Counted from the first letter of the stretch, positions 25,313 through 34,670 are shown. The stretch: DNA of 64,000 nucleotides from Alphaproteobacteria bacterium (GCA_045221335.1 JBGUWS010000019.1:77421-141420); one strand, 5' to 3'. Translations and numbers: made by a program. Notes: generated by a model not told the origin, from the sequence alone.

Positions 25313-25765
25313 CTACGCAATTTGTTCGCTTTGTTCTGCCGTAAATTCTGTCGACTCAGCACCGACATAATCTCTCATAGCCTCAATTTGTTTTTTTGCT
25401 ATTTCCGAGCCATTGTTTGCCCTCTGACGTAGGTTATCCTCAAATCCGTGCATACCCTCGTGAAGTGCCGTGGACACATCAGCGTTCTCGGTAAATCCTA
25501 TCTCTTTGGTTGTCGGGTCATAGTAACCTTTGACCTCGCCAGTATCACGAGAATAACGTCTAGCTCCATTAATAACATTTTTCTTGAAATTTGGAAAAAT
25601 ATCATATATAATATCATTGAGATTAGTTCCCAAGAAAGTGAGGTGTTTAGTACCGCTTGGGCTAATCTCATTTTTTATCCAATTATCAATGCTACCCTCT
25701 TTATCAATAAAAGCCGTTGTTATAATAGGATTCTTATTTTCAAATAATTCTAAAGCAACACCATA
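25313..25765 (-). pseudogene. Fragment of a phage/MGE large polyvalent protein (metallopeptidase HExxH region)
   Basis: The frame is open from about 25768 to the TAG at 25313 with no ATG start. It reads ...GVALELFENKNPIITTAF...VKGYYDPTTKEIGFTENADVSTALHEGMHGF...EQSEQIA*. Local GC is high (31 of 60 nt at 25441-25500). Confidence 0.55.
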
Positions 25766-26548
25766 TGTCTACGCCACGCCTTACAAAACCATTTCTCTGG
25801 TATTTGGAATAAAAGGACACTGCGATTACATTATCCATCCCATTATTGATGAAAAGGGTAATTGTACCATAATTGAAATGTCCCCTAATGCATTAGCAAA
25901 TTACTACAGAAATAAAAGTGCTTACATATACCAAGTAAACAAAGATGAATTTGATGTGCAAACACAATGGCGCGGAGAAATATGCTCCACACATTCCATT
26001 AAGCCATTAAGTGTTGAATATATCCCAGATCTAGAAAAAGCAATTCTGCAAGAACAAGAAAAAGGGCATATCCAAGTTATATCCTATGATGAGAGGAATA
26101 ATCAAGGCATCAATATGGATGAAGAGTTTGCTAGTAGAGAGTTGGGAAGAATTCTAAGAGATACTAATGGTGTCTACACAGAAAAACGTGTTAATTACCT
26201 GAAAATCTGGATAACAAAGAAATTTTTAACCATGTGCAAAAAGCTTTAAACGATTTTCTTAGTGGTTTTAAGAACAAAGGCTGTAACCCGCTTCAAAAAG
26301 AGCACACAGTCATTCCCTCAAAATATTTAGAAAAATATAAAAAAGATTGCAGTGATGAAACAATTTGTGAAATACTTTTAAACCTATCTTATTGTAATCG
26401 CCAAAAAATGCCACAGACAATAGATGAAATAAAATCAACAGGAAACAGGGAACTGTTAAAAAAGATAATTTTTCGTCTCACAAAAATAAAGGATGTCATA
26501 AAAAAAGCTAATTCACCTCAAATTGGAAAGAAGCACACAAGAGAATGA
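25755..26548 (+). pseudogene. 5'-truncated, frameshifted hypothetical gene (possible Arr/ART-like VYAT domain plus helical tail)
   Basis: Protein-like sequence begins at ATPYVYATP. Adding one C at about 26198 (TACCT to TACCCT) joins ORFs 25584-26249 and 26234-26548 as ...RVNYPENLDNKEIFNHVQKAL.... Confidence 0.55.
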
Positions 26549-26576
26549 CAAATTTTTCAAGAGTGTGAGTGGATCA

Positions 26577-26598
26577 AAAGCGTCGATTTCGACGCTTT
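26577..26598. terminator. Hairpin or possible terminator downstream of the pseudogene
   Basis: AAAGCGTCGA-TT-TCGACGCTTT perfect inverted repeat. Confidence 0.45.
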
Positions 26599-26759
26599 AT
26601 GAATTTTGGCGGAGCGTAGAGTCTGAAGTTAGAGCCAATTTCATCACTTTTTAGCTTGATTTTTGGATCCGTCCCACTTTATTCCCGAAGGAATTAAGTC
26701 AAAAGAATTATAAGAAGAAAACCTTCTCAGTTGTTTAGGAAATATGATGGTTATAACCT

Positions 26760-28175
26760 CTAAAAATGGAAATCTCTTTCACCTGTCTCTATTTTTGACA
26801 AGTTCTGGATGGTCATTTCCTTTACCTTTTCGTTTGTAATCTCCTGTAACTGTTCTTGTATTACCTTTTCCCCAACTGCACGGGTTTCAGGGCTAGCATA
26901 GTCCATCAAGAATTCTTTTAATGTCATCAAAGCGTTTGGATGACAACAATTCAAGATTTGTCTGCTTTTACACAAAGCCATAAAACGGTCACCAGTTCGT
27001 CCAGCACGGTAACAGGCTGTGCAGAAACTGGGGATGTACCCTGATTGTAATAACCATCTCACAACTTCATCTAGTGTTCGTTGGTCGGACACATCAAATT
27101 GTTCTGAATCGTGAGGTCTTTCTGCTTCAGTATAGCCTCCCACAGAAGTACGGGATGCCCCTGAAATTTGAGAAATACCATAACGAATAATCCGTTCACG
27201 ACAGGTTTGACTTTCCCGAGTTGATACAATCATGCCAGTATAAGGTGTAGAAACTCGGACACAGGCAATGATTTTTGAAAAAATATCATCATCAATTCCA
27301 TTGTCAAAGGCAGTGGGGTCTATATCATCTGCCTTTTTAATACGAGGGAATGAAATGGTATGCGGACCAACACCAAAGGTTGCTTCCAAATGTTCAGCAT
27401 GCATCAAAAGTGCCGCAAATTCATAACGATAGGATTCCAATCCAAATAAAACACCCAATCCGACATCATCTATTCCACCTTGCATGGCTCTGTCCATGGC
27501 TTCGGTATGCCATGCATAGTCATGTTTCGGACCCGTTGGATGCAGTTTTTCATAGGATTCACGATTATAGGTTTCTTGAAATAAAATATAAGTTCCGATA
27601 CCTGCATCCTTTAATTTCTTATAATTTTCAACAGTTGTAGCAGCAATATTCACATTGACACGCCGAATAGCACCGTTTTTATGCTTGATAGAATAAATGG
27701 TTTTAATACTGTCCAACACATATTCAATAGGGTTATTCACAGGGTCTTCACCTGTTTCAATCGCCAAGCGTTTATGCCCCATATCCTGTAAAGCAATCAC
27801 TTCCTGACGAATTTGTTCTTGTGTCAGTTTAATACGAGGCATGTGTTTGTTTTTCAAATGATAGGGGCAATAAACACATCCATTGACACAATAATTGGAT
27901 AAGTAAAGTGGAGCAAATAAAACGATTCTGTTTCCGTAAAAATCCTTTTTGATTTGTTCAGCCAAGCAAAAAATCTCGGCATTTGCTTCAGGGATTTCAC
28001 AGGCAAGCAGAACAGATGCTTCACGATGGGTTAATCCTTTCAATTGTTTTGCTTTATCTAAAATATGCTGAATAAGTTCTTTGTTTGTCTTGTTTTTTTC
28101 GGCGTAATCAAGTGTATCTAAAACTTCTTGATTATCAATAAAATCAGTCGCCCTCGGCGATTTAAAGTTATACAT
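26760..28175 (-). CDS. hydG: [FeFe]-hydrogenase H-cluster radical SAM maturase HydG
   Basis: FAPLYLSNYCVNGCVYC (CX3CX2C), GHKRLAIETGED, GAIRRVNVNI, C-terminal CTACYR...NCC auxiliary-cluster motif; ATG 28175 after AAGGA. Confidence 0.96.
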   Translation of the reverse strand: MYNFKSPRATDFIDNQEVLDTLDYAEKNKTNKELIQHILDKAKQLKGLTHREASVLLACEIPEANAEIFCLAEQIKKDFYGNRIVLFAPLYLSNYCVNGCVYCPYHLKNKHMPRIKLTQEQIRQEVIALQDMGHKRLAIETGEDPVNNPIEYVLDSIKTIYSIKHKNGAIRRVNVNIAATTVENYKKLKDAGIGTYILFQETYNRESYEKLHPTGPKHDYAWHTEAMDRAMQGGIDDVGLGVLFGLESYRYEFAALLMHAEHLEATFGVGPHTISFPRIKKADDIDPTAFDNGIDDDIFSKIIACVRVSTPYTGMIVSTRESQTCRERIIRYGISQISGASRTSVGGYTEAERPHDSEQFDVSDQRTLDEVVRWLLQSGYIPSFCTACYRAGRTGDRFMALCKSRQILNCCHPNALMTLKEFLMDYASPETRAVGEKVIQEQLQEITNEKVKEMTIQNLSKIETGERDFHF

Positions 28176-28227
28176 ATTATATCCTTTCTTTTGGGTCAGA
28201 TAACTCTTCCCCATCAGTTGTTACAAT

Positions 28228-28473
28228 TTAAGCATCAGCGTATGCCGTTTTGACACTAATCCCAGATAATGCCCCAATCTTACCAGAAAGGGCAGAAATA
28301 ACATCTTGTGGAGCATCAACAGCCACACTCATAATGCTGACTTTCTTTGGTGAATAAGGAAGTCCCATACGACCGATAACATAGTCGGCATATTCATGTA
28401 AAATCTCGTTCAACTGACTGGCAGTTTCACGGTCTTTAATCACAATGGCTATAACGGCAACTCGTGTTTCCAT
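28228..28473 (-). CDS. TM1266-family iron-only hydrogenase system putative regulator (ACT-like)
   Basis: METRVAVIAI...LNEILHEY..YVIGRMGLPY...DAPQDVISALSGKIG; the typical partner gene upstream of hydG. Confidence 0.9.
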   Translation of the reverse strand: METRVAVIAIVIKDRETASQLNEILHEYADYVIGRMGLPYSPKKVSIMSVAVDAPQDVISALSGKIGALSGISVKTAYADA

Positions 28474-28498
28474 ATTCTTTCCTTATTCAGACAGGTAA

Positions 28499-28527
28499 AT
28501 AATACTAAAAAAATGAACTTTTGTCAA
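28499..28527 (-). promoter_or_regulatory. Sigma70 promoter of the TM1266-hydG pair
   Basis: TTGACA-17 nt-TATTAT on the minus strand. Confidence 0.65.
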
Positions 28528-28570
28528 GATTCTACTATAATATCTAAAACATGTATTTCTGAGAAAAGTA

Positions 28571-28600
28571 TTGGGAAGGGTAGAGGATTTGAACTCCTAC
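28571..28600 (-). other. tRNA 3'-end-like fragment (degenerate T-arm)
   Basis: Minus strand GTAGGAGTTCAAATCCTCTACCCTTCCCAA contains a GTTCAAATCC T-loop, but no D-arm or anticodon arm lies upstream. Confidence 0.35.
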
Positions 28601-28742
28601 AAGTGCTTAGAAAATAAAGCTTTTTCTTTTTGGTGGTTCGAGCCGATTGGTTTTTGATGTGTTTTTTGAATTTTAAGTTCGAACTCGTATAAATTATTGA
28701 TTTTAAAAGAAAAAAGAGCCAAAAAAGGCCCTTCGTATTCTA

Positions 28743-28830
28743 TGGCGGAGTGTACAGGACTCGAACCTGTGCATCCCTATTCAGGATGACGGATTAGCAA
28801 TCCGCTGCATTACCGCTCTGCCAACACTCC
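28743..28830 (-). tRNA. tRNA-Ser (anticodon GCT)
   Basis: GGAGTGT acceptor stem, GCGGA-TTGCTAA-TCCGT anticodon arm, long variable arm, GTTCGAGTC T-loop, encoded CCA; 88 nt. Confidence 0.97.
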
Positions 28831-28985
28831 AAACGGTAAACCCCTATTTACAGTATGTTTTTTGTTCCGTCAATATTTTTTTTATGTTAGGAACGAATTT
28901 GTTGTTTATTGCTGAATTTTTTATTTACCACATTTTAAATAAATCATTATATAATCCGTAAAGAAGTATTAACTGGAGAAAAAAA

Positions 28986-29420
28986 ATGGATCGTGAGTAT
29001 GATTACATTACAACATTAAGTCCTGAAGAAAAGAGAATATTTGTAGAAAGTTTCTGCTGTATGGTTTATGCAGATGGCAATGTTGCCAAGGAGGAAATTG
29101 ATTTCTTAAAGAAAATCGGAAAGCTTTATGGAATCAACGAACAGGAAATTGTTTCAATATTAAAAAATATGAATCGTGACGAAGTAATGAATAATGTTGA
29201 AAAAATTTCCGAGAGAAGCAAGGCGCTGCAATTAGTCAAAGAACTTTGTTATCTTGCCAATTCTGATACAGGTTTGGATGATAGAGAAATTGACTTTATT
29301 ATTGATGTTGCAGAAAAAGTTGATGTTGATAGCGAGAAGTTAAAACAGATTAATAAATGGGTATTGGATAAGATTGTTCTCCAAAAAACCGGAGAAATTA
29401 TCCTAGAAACAGAAAAATAG
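28986..29420 (+). CDS. TerB/co-chaperone DjlA N-terminal-like protein
   Basis: MVYADGNVAKEEIDFL...LANSDTGLDDREIDFIIDVA, a duplicated ADG..E pattern typical of the TerB fold. Confidence 0.75.
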   Translation: MDREYDYITTLSPEEKRIFVESFCCMVYADGNVAKEEIDFLKKIGKLYGINEQEIVSILKNMNRDEVMNNVEKISERSKALQLVKELCYLANSDTGLDDREIDFIIDVAEKVDVDSEKLKQINKWVLDKIVLQKTGEIILETEK

Positions 29421-29450
29421 GCAAAGAACACCAGTTTAAATTATTTTTGC

Positions 29451-29479
29451 TTTACAAAAGCTTACTTTTTTGCTACACT
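29451..29479 (+). promoter_or_regulatory. Putative sigma70 promoter
   Basis: TTTACA-17 nt-TACACT with an extended TG motif, 16 nt before the ATG. Confidence 0.45.
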
Positions 29480-29495
29480 CTAAGAGAGGTGCAAT

Positions 29496-30338
29496 ATGGA
29501 AGTTGTAAGTCACGAGGAACTATACAGAATTATAAACCGTGCAATATCGACGTATGGTGATGGTTCTGATGTGACTAGAGAAATCAAGATTTTTCAAAAT
29601 AAATATCACACACGCAAACAACAAAATCCACAAATAAATATTTTTGAAGAAAAACCTCCTTTAACGCAAGATGTTGAGAATGCCGTAGCTTTTTGTAGAA
29701 GCTTGAATCGATATGGTGAAATCACAGAGATTGATGCTAAACAAGAAGATGAAACGGAAGAATTTTATCGCAAGTTTTATAGTCAAATACAGCAGTACAA
29801 AGACCATTTAACACCGAAAAATAAAAGAATTTATGATATCATAATTGAGGAAATCAAGAAGCATCTTCCAGAATATGGAGACGAAGTATTGCTTAAAAAC
29901 CTAAATGGAGAAATACAAGCAACAATTCAACGCAAAAGAGCGAAAGACAAATTAGGTTATGAGATAAGAGCACAAGATTTCTTTAACCATTTTTTGCACA
30001 ATGACAGGGTCAAGGGAATAAGAAATAGTAGGGAAAAAATGGAATTATACCAGGGATGCCTGAAAATAGTTGATTGTTTACCTAAAGAGAATTTTAGTCG
30101 AACAGCCAAATACGAAATTAAAAGAGATTTAAATCAAACACTGATGGAAATAGCTCAAGATATGGGTATTGAATATAAAGAAATAGCCCAAAAGGCACAA
30201 GTGGAAGTAACAAGATATCAACGCGCAATAGATAACATAAGAGAACATTTAGTAACTGGAAAACCTTTTCCTAGCCAAAGAAAACTGTCCCCTCAACAGT
30301 TAGCACGACGAAAACAAGAGGAATACCTCCATAAATAA
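29496..30338 (+). CDS. Hypothetical charged helical protein
   Basis: 280 aa ORF with a GAGAGG RBS, own promoter and terminator; no family recognised. Confidence 0.7.
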   Translation: MEVVSHEELYRIINRAISTYGDGSDVTREIKIFQNKYHTRKQQNPQINIFEEKPPLTQDVENAVAFCRSLNRYGEITEIDAKQEDETEEFYRKFYSQIQQYKDHLTPKNKRIYDIIIEEIKKHLPEYGDEVLLKNLNGEIQATIQRKRAKDKLGYEIRAQDFFNHFLHNDRVKGIRNSREKMELYQGCLKIVDCLPKENFSRTAKYEIKRDLNQTLMEIAQDMGIEYKEIAQKAQVEVTRYQRAIDNIREHLVTGKPFPSQRKLSPQQLARRKQEEYLHK

Positions 30339-30366
30339 AGCCCTCAATATTCAAATTGAGGGCTTT
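30337..30366. terminator. Bidirectional terminator between convergent genes
   Basis: AAAGCCCTCAAT-6 nt-ATTGAGGGCTTT perfect 12-bp stem. Confidence 0.8.
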
Positions 30367-30376
30367 AAAAATATTA

Positions 30377-32887
30377 TTAAGCTGTCTTTTTCGTTTCTTG
30401 AATTTCCGAATCGTCAAGAGAACCGACAAAAGCATGGACATGCCAAATCTTTTTAGCATATTCCAAAACGGCTCTATCACTTGAGAAATAACCAATCTTA
30501 GCAACATTGTAGATGGCTTTTTGAGCCCATTTGTTTTGATCTAAATAAGCTTTTTCTGTGCGCTTAATTGTCTGGTCAAAGGACTCAAGATCAGCTAAAA
30601 CGAAATAGTAATCTCTGTTTAACAGCTCATCAAAAATCGGTTTAAATAAAATAGGGTTTTCACCTTCACAAAACAGATTGGAATTAACAGCATTTAATAT
30701 GCGCCTTACATATTCAGATTCGTCATAAATTTTGTGAGGATTATAAATTGGCCGCATAACCTTAATTTCTTCTTCCTTTAATCCGAATAGGAAGAAGTTA
30801 TCCTTTCCAACGGCTTCACGAATTTCAATATTTGCACCATCATAGGTTCCTACTGTCAAAGCACCATTAAGTGCGAACTTCATGTTGCCGGTACCGGAAG
30901 CTTCAAATCCGGCGGTTGAAATTTGTAAACTGACATCAGCCGCAGGAATTAACATCTCTGCAACGGAAACTTTGTAATCCGGGATAAATACGACCTTTAA
31001 GGCATCACCAACTCTAGGATCGTTATTTACAACACGCGCAACGTTGTTAATAAGCTTGATAACAAGTTTTGCAAAGGTATATGAGGGAGCAGTTTTTCCG
31101 GCAAAGATATAAGTCTTTGGACAGATTGGCCGCGCGTGATCACGAACAATAGCCAAATAATCTCCGATAACCTGAAGAATTGTCATTAATTGACGCTTGT
31201 ATTCATGAATGCGTTTGGCATGAACAATAAACATACTTTTTGTCGCAACAGCGATATTACACCTTTTGAAAATTTCTTGCCGCAAGATTTCTTTGTTAAT
31301 CTTTTTAATTTTGATGAATTTATGCACAAAATCAGGATCATCAGCAAAATCTGTAAGCTTTTCTAAAAGCTCCAAATGCCCTATCCAATCCTTACCTATC
31401 TTGTCTGATATAATAGAAGCCAAATAGGTGTTTGCATGTAAAAGCCAACGGCGCGGAGTAATACCATTAGTTATGTTTGTGAATTTTTCCGGCCAGAGCT
31501 CATAAAATTCCGGAACAAGTGATGTTTTTATCAGTTCCGAATGGATTTTGGCAACACCATTGACTGAAAAAGATCCGACAATTGAAAGATTTGCCATCCG
31601 AATAACTTGATTATCATCCTCTCCGGAAACAATGGAAACTTTAGATAGCTTTTCTTCATTATTTCCGAACTTCTCACGCGCAAAAATCATAAAGCGACGA
31701 TTAATTTCATAGATAATTTGCAAGTGTCTAGGCAATAGTTTAGCAAAATATTTCGCCGGCCAGGTCTCAAGTGCCTCAGGTAATAAAGTATGGTTTGTGT
31801 AGGCAAAAACCTTTGTGACAATATTCCACGCATCATCCCATTCTTGAGCATAAACATCCAAAAGCAAACGCATCATTTCAACAATAGCTAAAGCAGGGTG
31901 AGTGTCATTAAGTTGAATACACGTTTCTTTTGGTAGTTTATTAAAATCACTATGCTTTTCTAAAAATCGGCGCATAATGTCTTGTATAGCGCACGAAATA
32001 AAGAAATATTGCTGCGAAAGTCTTAATGTTTTACCAGCTTCAATAGCATCAGAAGGATAAAGAACCTTAGAAATAGATTCGGTCTTTATTTTATCTTCTA
32101 CTGCTTCAATATACCCACCATTGTTAAAAATATCTATATCAAAATTGTCATCGCTTTTTGCTGAGAACAAGCGCAAATAATTGACAGCTTTCCCATTATA
32201 ACCAACAATCGGAAAATCGTAAGGAACGCCATATAAAGTGTGGGTGTTTGTCCAAACATAAGTGTCTTTACCACTGGCATCCTTAAATGTTTCAACATGA
32301 CCGAATAAAGGAATAGTTACTTGTCTGTCAGGACGTGCTAATTCCCAAGGAGAAAAATCAGAAGACCAGTCATCAGCTTGTTCAATCTGCCACCCATTTT
32401 CAAACTTCTGTTTAAATAAACCAAACTGATAATTAATGCCATATCCAAAACCCGGCATCCCCAAAGAAGCCATTGAGTCTAAATAACAAGCAGCTAACCG
32501 TCCCAGGCCACCATTTCCTAGAGCGGGATCATATTCTGTATCAAAAATTTCTTCTAAAGAAAAATCAGGAAAGTTGTCCAGTTTGATATCTTTGATAATC
32601 TCGTACAAACCGAGATTGTGCAGATTGTTTTCTAACGATCTACCGATAAGATATTCAATAGATAGATAATAAACCCTTTTGGCCGATTTTTTATTATAAC
32701 GTGCCATGGTGTTATACATTTCATCCATAGCAAACTCTCGAACGGCCAAAGAAATCGCGTATAAAGCCTCTTCCTTAGTTAACTCACAAGTTCTCTTTCC
32801 GATAAAATATTTTATATAATGCTCTATAGAAAGCTTTAGACGCGCTTTTTTCATTTCATCGCCAAGTTCCAATTTTTCTTTTTTCAA
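30377..32887 (-). CDS. glgP: Glycogen/starch/alpha-glucan phosphorylase
   Basis: LGNGGLGRLAAC, QLNDTHP, YTNHTLLPEALE, KRIHEYKRQ, PLP site EASGTGNMKF. TTG start at 32887 lies 6 nt after GGAGG. Confidence 0.97.
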   Translation of the reverse strand: MKKEKLELGDEMKKARLKLSIEHYIKYFIGKRTCELTKEEALYAISLAVREFAMDEMYNTMARYNKKSAKRVYYLSIEYLIGRSLENNLHNLGLYEIIKDIKLDNFPDFSLEEIFDTEYDPALGNGGLGRLAACYLDSMASLGMPGFGYGINYQFGLFKQKFENGWQIEQADDWSSDFSPWELARPDRQVTIPLFGHVETFKDASGKDTYVWTNTHTLYGVPYDFPIVGYNGKAVNYLRLFSAKSDDNFDIDIFNNGGYIEAVEDKIKTESISKVLYPSDAIEAGKTLRLSQQYFFISCAIQDIMRRFLEKHSDFNKLPKETCIQLNDTHPALAIVEMMRLLLDVYAQEWDDAWNIVTKVFAYTNHTLLPEALETWPAKYFAKLLPRHLQIIYEINRRFMIFAREKFGNNEEKLSKVSIVSGEDDNQVIRMANLSIVGSFSVNGVAKIHSELIKTSLVPEFYELWPEKFTNITNGITPRRWLLHANTYLASIISDKIGKDWIGHLELLEKLTDFADDPDFVHKFIKIKKINKEILRQEIFKRCNIAVATKSMFIVHAKRIHEYKRQLMTILQVIGDYLAIVRDHARPICPKTYIFAGKTAPSYTFAKLVIKLINNVARVVNNDPRVGDALKVVFIPDYKVSVAEMLIPAADVSLQISTAGFEASGTGNMKFALNGALTVGTYDGANIEIREAVGKDNFFLFGLKEEEIKVMRPIYNPHKIYDESEYVRRILNAVNSNLFCEGENPILFKPIFDELLNRDYYFVLADLESFDQTIKRTEKAYLDQNKWAQKAIYNVAKIGYFSSDRAVLEYAKKIWHVHAFVGSLDDSEIQETKKTA

Positions 32888-33063
32888 AGCCAACCTCCCA
32901 AATTAACATACCTTACTATTCACAAAATTAATGCGAAATAGCTTGAATTTTGGTTAATAATATAAGATATTTTCATAAAATAAAAATAATGTTTGGCATT
33001 TTTTTTGAAAATGTTATATCAAAAAGTAGTCGAGATATTTATAGATAGAGGAATAAGTAATAG

Positions 33064-34431
33064 ATGATAAGGCAAAGTTTGGCAATAATGCTATCTGTAA
33101 CGCTTTTAACAACTTTTTCTGCACAAGCCGAGACATTGGAAAAAGCTATGGAGAGAGCCTATGAGTATAGTCCGACACTAAAAGCATCGCGTGCAGGATC
33201 TCAGGCTGTAAACGAAAATGTGGCTTTGGCAAAATCTGGATATCGTCCGACACTATCAGTGGATGGAGGTTATTCTGATACAAAGATTAACACAAACTCA
33301 CATTTACCTATAAAACCGGTAGACGGATATAATCGCGCATTAGCAGCAACAGTATCCCAGCCTGTGTTTAGAGGATTTAAAACCCTTAACTCTGTGAAAT
33401 CGGCAAAAAATTACGCCAAAGCATCTGAGGCAGCTTTAATGGCGACAGAGCAAAATGTCTTGCTTCAAGCAGCTATTGCTTATCTGGATGTTCTGCAAGA
33501 TGAAGCAATTCTCAAATTGCAAAAGAACAATGAAAAGCTATTGAAAAAAGAATTAGATGAAACAAAAGAGCGTTTTGATGTAGGTGAGGTCACCACGACT
33601 GATTTATCGCAGGCTAGAGCAAGTTATGCTTCTGCACAATCTCAAAGGATATCAGCAGAAGGAAACCTTGAGGCCTCTAGAGCTGTTTATAAACAAGTTA
33701 TCGGTGTGGAACCAAAGAATGTGTCAGACCCAAGTAACATAGAAAAAATGTTTCCCAAAAGTCTGCAAGAAGCAATAGATTACGCTAGACAGCATAGTTA
33801 CATACTCGAGGCGGCACGATACAATTTAAAAGCAAAAAAATATGACGTCAGTACAAATAAAGGGGACTTACTACCATCTGTTAATGCATACGCTCAAGCA
33901 GGGCGCATTAAAACACAAAATTACATGTATGATAAGAACCCGACAAGTGATGAAGTGGAATTAGGTGTTAATTTCAATATGCCGATATATAATGCAGGTG
34001 CTAGCCGTGCTAAGATTCGCCAAAGCAAATACTATAGATGGCAAGCTCAAGAAGATTTGCTTAACGTTGAAGATGCTCTTAAAGCAGATATTACCAGTGC
34101 TTGGGAATATTTAAATGCCAATAAAGCTCGAATAACATCAGTTAAAGCACAAATTAAGGCTTATCAGGTTGCTCTAAATGGTGTAAGGGAAGAAGAATCT
34201 CTTGGCAACAGAACTGTTCTTGACGTGCTTAATCAATATCAATATCTTTTGAATTCAGAGGTAGAAGAGGTGACAGTTCATCATGATTACTACGTATCTG
34301 GATTATCATTACTACAGGCAATGGGAAAGCTAACAGCTAAAGATCTGAATTTAAATGTTGATTTATATAATACAAGTGCTAAATATGAGAAGACAAGTGG
34401 AAAATGGCTTTCCACTACAATAGATAAATAG
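33064..34431 (+). CDS. tolC: TolC-family outer membrane channel
   Basis: Signal peptide, two OEP repeats (AKSGYRPT; RFDVGEVTTTD; LGNRTVLDVLN). Confidence 0.9.
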   Translation: MIRQSLAIMLSVTLLTTFSAQAETLEKAMERAYEYSPTLKASRAGSQAVNENVALAKSGYRPTLSVDGGYSDTKINTNSHLPIKPVDGYNRALAATVSQPVFRGFKTLNSVKSAKNYAKASEAALMATEQNVLLQAAIAYLDVLQDEAILKLQKNNEKLLKKELDETKERFDVGEVTTTDLSQARASYASAQSQRISAEGNLEASRAVYKQVIGVEPKNVSDPSNIEKMFPKSLQEAIDYARQHSYILEAARYNLKAKKYDVSTNKGDLLPSVNAYAQAGRIKTQNYMYDKNPTSDEVELGVNFNMPIYNAGASRAKIRQSKYYRWQAQEDLLNVEDALKADITSAWEYLNANKARITSVKAQIKAYQVALNGVREEESLGNRTVLDVLNQYQYLLNSEVEEVTVHHDYYVSGLSLLQAMGKLTAKDLNLNVDLYNTSAKYEKTSGKWLSTTIDK

Positions 34432-34441
34432 AAAGAAAAAG

Positions 34442-34666
34442 ATGTTTAAAGAAGAATACGAAGAACCAACAGAGCTTATAAGACAGAGCATAATTGCAAA
34501 TAGAGGTGCCAGACATTACACAAAAGATTTTAGTGGAGATGTCTTTGAGCTCACTATGGATATGCTTGTGCCCAATAGATGTTCAGATAAGAGTAAAATA
34601 AATAAGAAATCTGGTGTGGCAGAACACATATTGCAAAAGTATGAAAAACTACTTTCTGTTTCCTAA
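34442..34666 (+). CDS. Small protein, possible minimal PopZ-like remnant
   Basis: Sits immediately after tolC, the usual popZ position; EEPTELIRQSII and GDVFELT resemble PopZ motifs. Confidence 0.4.
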   Translation: MFKEEYEEPTELIRQSIIANRGARHYTKDFSGDVFELTMDMLVPNRCSDKSKINKKSGVAEHILQKYEKLLSVS

Positions 34667-34670
34667 GTGA

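Noticed and set aside
25584-25754. N-terminal 57 aa of ORF 25584-26249 as real coding sequence
   Set aside because: This stretch is the antisense of the minus-strand phage fragment and has a TTG start with no RBS. Protein-like sequence begins only near 25755.
26681-26694. C(UUCG)G hairpin downstream of hydG as a structured RNA or terminator
   Set aside because: Only a 5-bp stem with no U-tract on the hydG strand; too little to call.
28571-28660. A second complete tRNA gene
   Set aside because: Only a degenerate T-arm/3' end is present; upstream sequence cannot form D and anticodon arms.
33064-34431. TolC as the partner of the RND system at 5.5-11.1 kb
   Set aside because: That RND locus encodes its own OMF domain; this tolC sits in its usual separate chromosomal context.
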